DNA of 64,000 nucleotides from an uncultured Bacteroidales bacterium (GTDB lineage Bacteria; Bacteroidota; Bacteroidia; Bacteroidales; WCHB1-69): NCBI GenBank assembly GCA_937892025.1, contig CALAVA010000042.1, positions 739 to 64,738 of the forward strand, read 5' to 3'. Shown piece by piece: positions 43,384 to 50,991 of this stretch (position 1 is its first letter; each line of letters starts with the position of its first letter). The notes under the pieces were generated by a model. It saw only the letters and a program-made list of their open reading frames with translations, ran no database searches and was not told where the DNA came from. The position numbers and the translations under genes were made by a program.

Positions 43384-44319
43384 TTAAAACACAATGCTGT
43401 TACCGAAACCGTTGCCCCAAAAGCCATAACCGCCGTTGTACGGAGTGTTATTTACAGCCTGAATATTCGGGTAAACCACAGGAACAGTAGGCAACTGCTT
43501 GCTTGCAATCTCGTTCACCTTAGTCTGCAATGGACTTACGACGCTGTTGACATAACCGATAATCTGGTTTGTCTGGTTGGCGTTGTCGGCTGCATTGCGA
43601 AGCTGCGTGATGATGTCTGCTTGCGTGTCAATCTTCGACTGCAACTCACGCTTTTCGAGGTCACAGAATTTTTCGTTGATGAACGTAGTCTGCTGTGCGA
43701 TGTCTGCGCGAATCTGTGCAGTGTTGACGTTTGCTTGGTTCGAGAGCGTACCTGTCTGCTCAATGGTACGAATCTGTGCCTGATAACCCTGCTCCGTGGT
43801 AAGAAGTTTCTGCTCACAGCAACAATTTTGGAACTGCTGTGCAAGGGTCTGGTTGCCCAACTGCAAGGAGTTGATAATCTGAGGTACGCTGACTGCTTGC
43901 TGGAGTGCGAGGGACTGCAAAGCGTTCTGTACGTTCTGCACACCGCTGTTGACAAGGTTGAAGTCCTGACCGATAGCGTTTGCAAGGCTCTGAACGGCTG
44001 AACGGTTAGCCTCACCCTGCGAAGTGACTGCATTCATAATCAGTTCACGTCCGCTGTCATTGTTTAACTGATTAGCAAGGAAGCCAAGTTGACCATTGTT
44101 GCCTCCGCCCCAACCGCCAAAGCCGTTGCCGCCGTTCCATCCAAACATGGATGCGATGATTGCAAGACCAAAGAGGTCAGCAATGCCATTCATGCCGTAG
44201 CCAAAGCCACCGCCGAATCCGTTACCAAATCCACCGAAACCTCCGAGTGGAATAGAGAATGGAATGTTACCGACACCACTGTTGCCGCCATTCTCTGGAA
44301 GTTGAATAATCTCTGCCAT
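43384..44319 (-). CDS. Gly-rich / Asn-Gln-rich low-complexity protein (311 aa)
   Basis: ATG at 44319 (MAEIIQLPENGG) within ORF 43384..44406; GGFGGFGNGFGGGFGYG N-terminus, hydrophobic glycine-zipper, long Q/N-rich coil, GGYGFWGNGFGN C-terminus. Confidence 0.6.
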   Translation of the reverse strand: MAEIIQLPENGGNSGVGNIPFSIPLGGFGGFGNGFGGGFGYGMNGIADLFGLAIIASMFGWNGGNGFGGWGGGNNGQLGFLANQLNNDSGRELIMNAVTSQGEANRSAVQSLANAIGQDFNLVNSGVQNVQNALQSLALQQAVSVPQIINSLQLGNQTLAQQFQNCCCEQKLLTTEQGYQAQIRTIEQTGTLSNQANVNTAQIRADIAQQTTFINEKFCDLEKRELQSKIDTQADIITQLRNAADNANQTNQIIGYVNSVVSPLQTKVNEIASKQLPTVPVVYPNIQAVNNTPYNGGYGFWGNGFGNSIVF

Positions 44320-44376
44320 AGTTTTTTTCTTTTTTTTGTGATTAGTAAATGATAGAGTTTTTGTGGTACCACAATG

Positions 44377-44384
44377 CAAAGATA
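44377..44384 (-). promoter_or_regulatory. Bacteroidetes-type -7 promoter motif TATCTTTG (minus strand)
   Basis: Reverse complement of caaagata; upstream of ATG 44319. Confidence 0.5.
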
Positions 44385-44470
44385 TGGCAAAAGATTTATT
44401 AAACAATATCCTACTTTATCAAGTCTGTATTATTTTTGTAACCTATTGGTTGCTAACACTTTATACACAT

Positions 44471-44503
44471 TAAAAAAAGGGGAAAAATAATTTTTCTTCC
44501 CCT
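44471..44503 (-). terminator. Rho-independent terminator after the RT gene (minus strand)
   Basis: Stem aggggaa (44478-84) pairs with ttcccct (44497-503); on the minus strand it is followed by a T7 run. Confidence 0.6.
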
Positions 44504-44568
44504 CTTTAATTTGTAACCCACTAAAACATAGGCACTTAAATAGCAATATTTGTTATATATTTTTACGG

Positions 44569-45759
44569 TTACACCCTTGTATAATACTTCCTCCTGTCCA
44601 CCAATTTTCTCATTCCGCTGTCAAACACTCCAAAACGCATGAATTGACTACGCATAAAAAGAGACCGAAGATTCTTGTAAGAGTTCGTATGTTGTAGCAA
44701 GCCAAGGTAACTATTTACGGAACGTAGCACCAGCACAGGATTTGAGCAATTCATCTCCTGTATCTTTTTCTTAATCCGTTGCAAGGCATGATTAGAAATA
44801 TATGTGCGGTATGGCAAAAGCCAAGAGCCAAGAAACTCCACTCCTCTATGCACCTCTTGAATTGTTGTCTTGCCCCTATGCAATTCAAGCCCCAACTTGT
44901 CAGACAAAAACTTATCCACAACAGGAACAAGAGACAAAAGGTAAGCCTTGTCAGCCGATACCACCACCGCATCATCCACATACCTTCCATAATACCGACA
45001 CTTCAACACACGCTTCATATACTGGTCAAGCACATTCAGATACACATTTGAGAACAACTGAGATGTCAGATTCCCGATAGGCAAGCCAAGCCCATCTTCT
45101 ATGTGCAGCATACTTTTTGCCGCATCCAGACCATCCCAGTTTGATTCAGTCCCAATGATGATGCAGTTCTCCCTCGGATTCAGCATTACAATCAGTTCCG
45201 TCAGCCACAGCACAAAGTCCATATCCAATACGTCACCCCACGTCTTCCATGATTCTGAATCCACTCTGTGCGTTGACATTTTCTTTATACTCCCCATCGT
45301 AATGCCAAGCAATATGTTTCTGTTTATGTGCATGAAATAACCCCGAACATCCAAATGCAGAACATAGCACTTTCTTTGCCAGTTCCTTGATTCCTTTCGA
45401 CAAAAATCCTTAACCCTATCTATTCCGTAGTGCGTCCCCCTGTCCTTGATGCAGGAATAGGCATCCTGTATGAATGTCCGTTCAAATAAAGCGTGTGTAT
45501 AGTTGAAGTAAAGATGATGCACAATCCTGTCACGGAACACCGCTGCAAAGATTTCCCTCTTCTTTGGATAGTCCACAACAAAACACTTGCTGGGCAAAGG
45601 CTTATAAGTTCGGCTGTACAGTTCATCGCACAGTTCCTCCATGTTCTGTTTTAGGTTTGCCTCCCACTTCTTTACGTAAGAACGTCGTCCTTTGTGTTTT
45701 CTCGCACTATAATAAGCCACATAAAGGTCAAGTAGCATTTGTTGTCGAGTCAGTTTCAT
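44569..45759 (-). CDS. DGR reverse transcriptase
   Basis: RT motifs including LPIGNLTSQLFSNVYLN (the DGR-specific IGxxxSQ) and YGRYVDDAVVV (YxDD); starts 44 nt downstream of the TR. Confidence 0.9.
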   Translation of the reverse strand: MKLTRQQMLLDLYVAYYSARKHKGRRSYVKKWEANLKQNMEELCDELYSRTYKPLPSKCFVVDYPKKREIFAAVFRDRIVHHLYFNYTHALFERTFIQDAYSCIKDRGTHYGIDRVKDFCRKESRNWQRKCYVLHLDVRGYFMHINRNILLGITMGSIKKMSTHRVDSESWKTWGDVLDMDFVLWLTELIVMLNPRENCIIIGTESNWDGLDAAKSMLHIEDGLGLPIGNLTSQLFSNVYLNVLDQYMKRVLKCRYYGRYVDDAVVVSADKAYLLSLVPVVDKFLSDKLGLELHRGKTTIQEVHRGVEFLGSWLLPYRTYISNHALQRIKKKIQEMNCSNPVLVLRSVNSYLGLLQHTNSYKNLRSLFMRSQFMRFGVFDSGMRKLVDRRKYYTRV

Positions 45760-45803
45760 CTTTCGTAATAAGGTAATAAAAAGGGGGCTATCAGAATTGT
45801 ATG

Positions 45804-45992
45804 CTGAACCGCCCGAACGGCGAAGCCGTAGAACCTATTATTGTTGTTCTGCGGATTCACGCCGCCGCTGTTAAAGTTCAAGTTCCTACCTTGCGAAGCG
45901 GAGTAGAGCGATGACGACCAGTAGACGCCATTCGCACCACGATTGTTCCACGACGAACCGTTACCGTTACCAGAGCAAGGGAAAAAGAGCCT
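45804..45992 (-). repeat. DGR template repeat (TR), 189 bp
   Basis: 100% identical to 46834..47022 by base-by-base comparison; lies in a non-coding position between the accessory gene and the RT. Confidence 0.85.
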
Positions 45993-46136
45993 ATCGGTCA
46001 CATCCTTATACGAAAGCCTAACAGGGTTGTACTAAATGGCAAGACCATTAGGATTCTTCTCTTTTTCTCGCATCCACAAAGACGAAAGACGTGTGACCTG
46101 TGAATATCTTTCCGAACCGCCCCCCCTATTTTATTA

Positions 46137-46697
46137 TTAAAATAATTTGGTTATGTCCTGTCGAAGAGAGCGCAAGAAATCATACGCCTCAATAGGAGAT
46201 TTTGATTCCAACTGAAAAGCCAGTACACGACCAATGACATCACTTATTCTTGTGATGCGAGGCTCTGCATCCCTAACCTCTCTTTCCTCTCTGCGTTTCT
46301 TTTTCCCCTCCGTCAACGGTAAAGAGTTCTTCCAATCCTCTTTCTGACGATTTAGATTTTCAAAACTTACTTCGCCAATCTCCACGGGCAACTCTACCAC
46401 AACATCTATCTGCACATCGCTTACTGGCTTAAACTCAACCGAACCGTCATTAGGCACATACTTGCCCAACGAAGAAACGGGGAATCCGACAAAAGCATCA
46501 AGATACCCGTCTTTCAGACGTTTAACTGTCACTCCCATTGGTTTTTCCGCTGCCGCCCCAAACGGGAACTTAGACATAATCCATGCACTCCAGTCGTGAG
46601 CACGATAAAACTCGCCCTCCTTTAAGAAGTGAACCACGTTGAACTCATCTACGTTCGTTCGCTTGCTCTCTATCTCTATAATCTCTGCTATAGTCAT
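46137..46697 (-). CDS. DGR accessory protein, MutS-domain-I-like (MSL-type), in the Avd position
   Basis: ..FNVVHFLKEGEFYRAHDWSAW...GVTVKRLKDGYLDAFVGFPVSSLGKYV.. parallels MutS domain I (GDFYE...AG.P......Y); lies between target and TR. Confidence 0.55.
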   Translation of the reverse strand: MTIAEIIEIESKRTNVDEFNVVHFLKEGEFYRAHDWSAWIMSKFPFGAAAEKPMGVTVKRLKDGYLDAFVGFPVSSLGKYVPNDGSVEFKPVSDVQIDVVVELPVEIGEVSFENLNRQKEDWKNSLPLTEGKKKRREEREVRDAEPRITRISDVIGRVLAFQLESKSPIEAYDFLRSLRQDITKLF

Positions 46698-46711
46698 TTT
46701 TTTTATTTTAA

Positions 46712-46783
46712 CTCATTCTTCCCCACGTTCATGCCTTCTGCCATCTTGTGATGGCTGGGGGCATGTCCGAAGGAAAGAATGAG
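46712..46783. promoter_or_regulatory. long imperfect inverted repeat (cruciform/hairpin) downstream of the VR
   Basis: Nested stems: ctcattctt (46712-20) with aagaatgag (46775-83); catgcc (46730-35) with ggcatg (46760-65); gccatc (46740-45) with gatggc (46750-55); loop ttgt. Confidence 0.5.
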
Positions 46784-46830
46784 ATTGGTTTGTAATTTGT
46801 TTTGTTTGTTCTTTTAGGGTAGGAAAGATA

Positions 46831-47667
46831 TTACTGAACCGCCCGAACGGCGAAGCCGTAGAACCTATTATTGTTGTTCTGCGGATTCACGCCGCCGCTG
46901 TTAAAGTTCAAGTTCCTACCTTGCGAAGCGGAGTAGAGCGATGACGACCAGTAGACGCCATTCGCACCACGATTGTTCCACGACGAACCGTTACCGTTAC
47001 CAGAGCAAGGGAAAAAGAGCCTCTTACCATTGATTTTAGAACGCAACAGCAAACCTGTAATACCGTTCACAGTAGTCCTACGGTCTGTAGAAGAGAGAAC
47101 AGTGCCATCCGATGTGATGGTGTCACAATTAGAATATAACTCGGAAAACTCTTCAGTAGTGGGAAGCCTCCAGTTACCACCGAGATTCATCCTTGCAGCA
47201 TCATTGCCAAGACCGCAGTTGTTGCCACCAAAGGTGGTGGCTGTGATGCTTGCACCATACGTGTCTGCATACGTCCCGTCATTGGTCGTACCCCAATCGT
47301 AATTGCCCACAAAGGCATTTGTGCCACTCGTTACACCTGCTTTCGGATTGATGCCGAACGTGTTGCCCCAAGAGAAGAAGGAGCACTCATACTGATAGAC
47401 GGATTCCGCAAAGCCGTTCTGCCTTGTCACGTCCAAGTTCCGTGTCGCCCACATCAGACCCGATGGCAGTCCTAAGTCAACCAGCAGTTCGTTCTCATCC
47501 TTTGATGCACCAACGACAGATGAAATTTTGGTTATCGTCTGTCTGTCAATAAGCGTGCCGTTTGCATCAAACAGGGGAATTTGATACCCTCCCAATGTCG
47601 AATTTGTAGCACCCGATTGCGAAATGGCTTGCATCTCAGCCGTTAAAGCATTTTTGAATGTACTCAT
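46831..47667 (-). CDS. DGR target protein: tail-fibre-tip / receptor-binding protein with C-terminal C-type-lectin-fold variable region
   Basis: The last 63 codons equal the VR; Asn-rich ..NGNGSSWNNRGANGVYW...NLNFNSGGVNPQNNNNRFYGFAVRAVQ*; WATRNLD / FFSWGN motifs; last gene of the tail-fibre array. Confidence 0.8.
   Translation of the reverse strand: MSTFKNALTAEMQAISQSGATNSTLGGYQIPLFDANGTLIDRQTITKISSVVGASKDENELLVDLGLPSGLMWATRNLDVTRQNGFAESVYQYECSFFSWGNTFGINPKAGVTSGTNAFVGNYDWGTTNDGTYADTYGASITATTFGGNNCGLGNDAARMNLGGNWRLPTTEEFSELYSNCDTITSDGTVLSSTDRRTTVNGITGLLLRSKINGKRLFFPCSGNGNGSSWNNRGANGVYWSSSLYSASQGRNLNFNSGGVNPQNNNNRFYGFAVRAVQ
46834..47022 (-). repeat. DGR variable repeat (VR), 189 bp, ending at the stop codon of the target gene
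   Basis: Identical to the TR at 45804..45992; identity breaks exactly at the stop codon (46831-33) and at 47023. Confidence 0.85.
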
Positions 47668-47714
47668 AATTTTTTTCTATTTTTTAATTGTTTAATAAAA
47701 TGTTTTGATATTAT

Positions 47715-49433
47715 CTAAGCAACTTCATCCAACAGATTGGTGTATCTTTCAACCTCCCAGTAGATGCACTCATAATCATTGAAAGTTCCCATCTTACATT
47801 CTAAAATAAAAAAGTAGCCTAACGTCCCTGTCGCTGTGATATACTTAGAACGATAAGCACTGGTACTTAGTGTAGTCAAACTTTGTGCGTCTGTGCTTAT
47901 TCCTTGAGGAATCTTGTTTGGGGTGGTGCTCTTTACTACAAGCAAGGGTGGTATGTCATTCGAGCCACCCGCAGAAATGGACATTTGATTCTGATTCTTA
48001 ATCAGCAAATACATCTTTTTGCCTACCATCTGCCGAAGTCTATCAACATCGGCAATAGAGAACGACTCTGTTGGATATATTTCAATACCGCTATCATAAT
48101 AGGCAATAGGAAGATGTATGTATTGAAGAGTTGATGCCGCCGTCACTTTCAACACATTGCCACATTTCAATGGGTTTAGAAAAAGAGAAGTTCCTGAATA
48201 CACACCGAAATTACCAGCATTGCTATCGGTAATCTCCTGCACAAGATTGCTTATCATTCCCTCTACCGTCACATTGCGAAAATACCCCTTGTTGCAGGCA
48301 AGAAGACCCTGCAACAAATCCACTGCATAGTTCGGCACAAATTGAGAAGTAGAGGAAATCGTTACATTAAAAATGTCAGCAACACCACCATACACTGCGA
48401 CATTATACCAGCCGCTCGTACTCACTGTAAAAGTCGCAGTAACTGTTGTATCACTATTTTTGGTGTTACTGGTCAGAATCTGCTTCCATACTGACCCACG
48501 TAGCAACCCCACATAGAGGTTCGTCGAACCTCCATTATAGAAAGCGGTAAACACTGTGTAGGAAATTCCAGACACTAAAAACACACTGCCTACATTAAGT
48601 TTGTTTCCGTATGTCGTATGCCCCCCTGTATTCAACTTTCCTTCAAACAATGAGTATGAACTCCCGGAAATGAATGATGGGGAGAAAGTCGTCCAAGACG
48701 TACTGTCAGCCGTACCAACAATCCCATGTTGCGAATACTGATAATCCCCATTGAAAATACTTGAACCAAATTGCCCAAACTTTGAAATGACAGCCTCAGT
48801 AATAAGGTACTTAAACTCTGTGTCCATAGCCGCCCAGTCACTGCTGTTATCATAGGTGGTAAGTGTCGTGGGGAAAGTGTATGTGCCATTATCCCCGACA
48901 AAGATTTTGCAGTCTGGTGACTCCTCCGACCCTATGTTGACATAAGGGGTCATGTAGTCAGTCACCACAAATGACTGCCCCGACACGTCACCCCACATCC
49001 CTGCATAGTAAGGTACACGAGACATCTTGCCTTGTATTCCTGTGTCCCCATTCTTCACCACGGCTATCTCACACTTTGCAAGATAGTCTGTTGTGCTTGA
49101 AGACCCTGCCGAATAAAGGAAGCAGACAACTGCATCAATGGATGTCGTGACCGTCAAGGATGGTGTTGCGGAGGTCGTTCCACCACTTGACGCTTGCGAG
49201 GTGTAGGTTGTTCCAGCACGAAAGAAAACCCTCCAATATGCAGCATAGGCTGTACGTGTCCCAGCCCCCACTTTCCGATAAAATCTGAATGTGGGGGTAA
49301 CACTCTTGCTTGTTGTGTCTGACGCAATCACAATGTTTTCCATGTTGCACTCCACTTCGTAGAGCACGGCATCCTCCCCATCCTCAACCGTGGTAACGGA
49401 GAAATGGTTTGATATGGTTTTTGGTTCTGCCAT
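47715..49433 (-). CDS. tail fibre protein (572 aa)
   Basis: Large Ser/Thr/Gly-rich beta-type ORF in the tail-fibre array; call is positional. Confidence 0.5.
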   Translation of the reverse strand: MAEPKTISNHFSVTTVEDGEDAVLYEVECNMENIVIASDTTSKSVTPTFRFYRKVGAGTRTAYAAYWRVFFRAGTTYTSQASSGGTTSATPSLTVTTSIDAVVCFLYSAGSSSTTDYLAKCEIAVVKNGDTGIQGKMSRVPYYAGMWGDVSGQSFVVTDYMTPYVNIGSEESPDCKIFVGDNGTYTFPTTLTTYDNSSDWAAMDTEFKYLITEAVISKFGQFGSSIFNGDYQYSQHGIVGTADSTSWTTFSPSFISGSSYSLFEGKLNTGGHTTYGNKLNVGSVFLVSGISYTVFTAFYNGGSTNLYVGLLRGSVWKQILTSNTKNSDTTVTATFTVSTSGWYNVAVYGGVADIFNVTISSTSQFVPNYAVDLLQGLLACNKGYFRNVTVEGMISNLVQEITDSNAGNFGVYSGTSLFLNPLKCGNVLKVTAASTLQYIHLPIAYYDSGIEIYPTESFSIADVDRLRQMVGKKMYLLIKNQNQMSISAGGSNDIPPLLVVKSTTPNKIPQGISTDAQSLTTLSTSAYRSKYITATGTLGYFFILECKMGTFNDYECIYWEVERYTNLLDEVA

Positions 49434-49439
49434 ATATAA

Positions 49440-50648
49440 TCATGTTGTTGTTGCGTAGATAATGCCAGAGAGAAAATCACTTGCCTTATTTTTGACGAGG
49501 CTATAAGGAATGTTAAGGGTAGCCTTATGGCTTGTGCTATCAGTGCTGAGAATATAATAGCCGTCTGTCCGTGCGGTAATCCCTGTGTTATACGCCGAAA
49601 GTTCTGAAACGCTATCAGTAATTTCCACAGCATCTGCCTTGTATAGTTTTATCTTGAACGCCCAACCTGTTTGTGCGGTGGCATCGCTTGCCGTTCCAAC
49701 AAAAAACTCAAAAGATACGGGGTTATCACCACTATGCAAGGATGCGTTGTTACCATTCAATCCGCTACGCTGCACGTACAGGTATTCATCATCCTGCCGG
49801 TCATCAATGCCCTCTATGACGGTAAAGACAACTTGCTGCGTACCATCAACCGAGTAAAGAAACTCGCATTTCAATGTTGCATAGTCTATCACATTTGATT
49901 CCAATATTTTGATGGCATCTTGATATGTTGTGCTATTTTCCGTTACATCACTGCCCATCGTGCTGGGGGCATCATTCAATGTGTATCTCACAGAAAAATC
50001 ATTGTTGCTAATAGGACTGCCGCTTTGGTTGTACAACTGAGCGTATGCTATCACATACCCCCCCGCCTCTGTTATGTCGGACTTTCCACCGACAAAGTTG
50101 ATTTGCCCAAAATAGCCATTGGAGGTGATACGAGAAATACGGACATTTGCGGTTACAGAAAAATCTATTGATGATGTTTGCCCGATTGAATATGCTCCAT
50201 TCAACGTAATAGAGTCCGTATCTGGGTTGGTTGAACTTGCAAGGTTTCCGATGATAGCCAAGGCTGGTACAAAATGCGTGCTGTCCATAGGATACTCGTT
50301 GATAACAAAGAAACGCCCGTCTATACTTTCATATCCTTGGCAACTAACTGTTGTCTCCCCCACGGCAAACACTTTTGTTGAGCCCGAACTTGAAAATGTA
50401 ATGCTGACTCCGTTGTATTGCCACGATGTACTGCCTGCGTTTGGTACTACTGGAGTAGAACCTCTCAACAGGGATAAGTATATGATAGGTGCGTTGGTGT
50501 AAGTTCCATTGGTGGTTGTTGTCCAATTTGGCACTGCCCCCGACCCGTTCCATGCCTGTGACAAGGACTTGGTTGCACGAAGTTCACCGTGCAAGGTAGA
50601 GCCATCATCAATGGCTGTCACAAAAAATCTATTACTAATTGTGCTCAT
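49440..50648 (-). CDS. tail fibre / baseplate-associated protein (402 aa)
   Basis: Ser/Thr-rich ORF in the tail array; positional. Confidence 0.45.
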   Translation of the reverse strand: MSTISNRFFVTAIDDGSTLHGELRATKSLSQAWNGSGAVPNWTTTTNGTYTNAPIIYLSLLRGSTPVVPNAGSTSWQYNGVSITFSSSGSTKVFAVGETTVSCQGYESIDGRFFVINEYPMDSTHFVPALAIIGNLASSTNPDTDSITLNGAYSIGQTSSIDFSVTANVRISRITSNGYFGQINFVGGKSDITEAGGYVIAYAQLYNQSGSPISNNDFSVRYTLNDAPSTMGSDVTENSTTYQDAIKILESNVIDYATLKCEFLYSVDGTQQVVFTVIEGIDDRQDDEYLYVQRSGLNGNNASLHSGDNPVSFEFFVGTASDATAQTGWAFKIKLYKADAVEITDSVSELSAYNTGITARTDGYYILSTDSTSHKATLNIPYSLVKNKASDFLSGIIYATTT

Positions 50649-50971
50649 TCTTCTTCTGTATTTTCTGTTTTAACTTCTTGTTCCTCCTCTTGGATTCCCT
50701 CCTGATGGTTTGATGTGCCATCTTCAATGTTCAATCCTTCGTCACCAAACTTGTAACCATTTGCCTTAATAAGTTCATCTGCCTCACGTTTGCTGATTTT
50801 TTCAATTCCCGTCAGCCCCGTAATGTATTCATCTGTCGTAAAGCGAACACGTTTCAGGTCTCGGTCGTTAAGAATGTACCGCCCATCTACGGTGCGGTAT
50901 CTTGTGGCAAGCATTCCGCTACGGAGTGCTATATCCCTGCTTGCCAGATAAAGTGAAGTGTCTAATGCCAT
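50645..50971 (-). CDS. hypothetical protein with acidic tail (108 aa)
   Basis: ORF-track ORF, overlaps the neighbouring gene by 4 nt. Confidence 0.5.
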   Translation of the reverse strand: MALDTSLYLASRDIALRSGMLATRYRTVDGRYILNDRDLKRVRFTTDEYITGLTGIEKISKREADELIKANGYKFGDEGLNIEDGTSNHQEGIQEEEQEVKTENTEEE

Positions 50972-50991
50972 ATTCTTAAATTTTTAATGAA

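Noticed and set aside
43536-44033. 165-aa alternate-frame ORF and plus-strand ORFs inside the Gly/Gln-rich gene
   Set aside because: These are artefacts of the repetitive CAG/CAA/AAC-rich coding sequence. The main frame has a promoter and a plausible start.
45756-46001. 81-aa minus-strand ORF (MTDRLFFPCSGNGNG...) in the ORF track
   Set aside because: It is the translation of the DGR template repeat, identical to the target's VR. It lies in the TR position just upstream of the RT, so it is not an independent gene.
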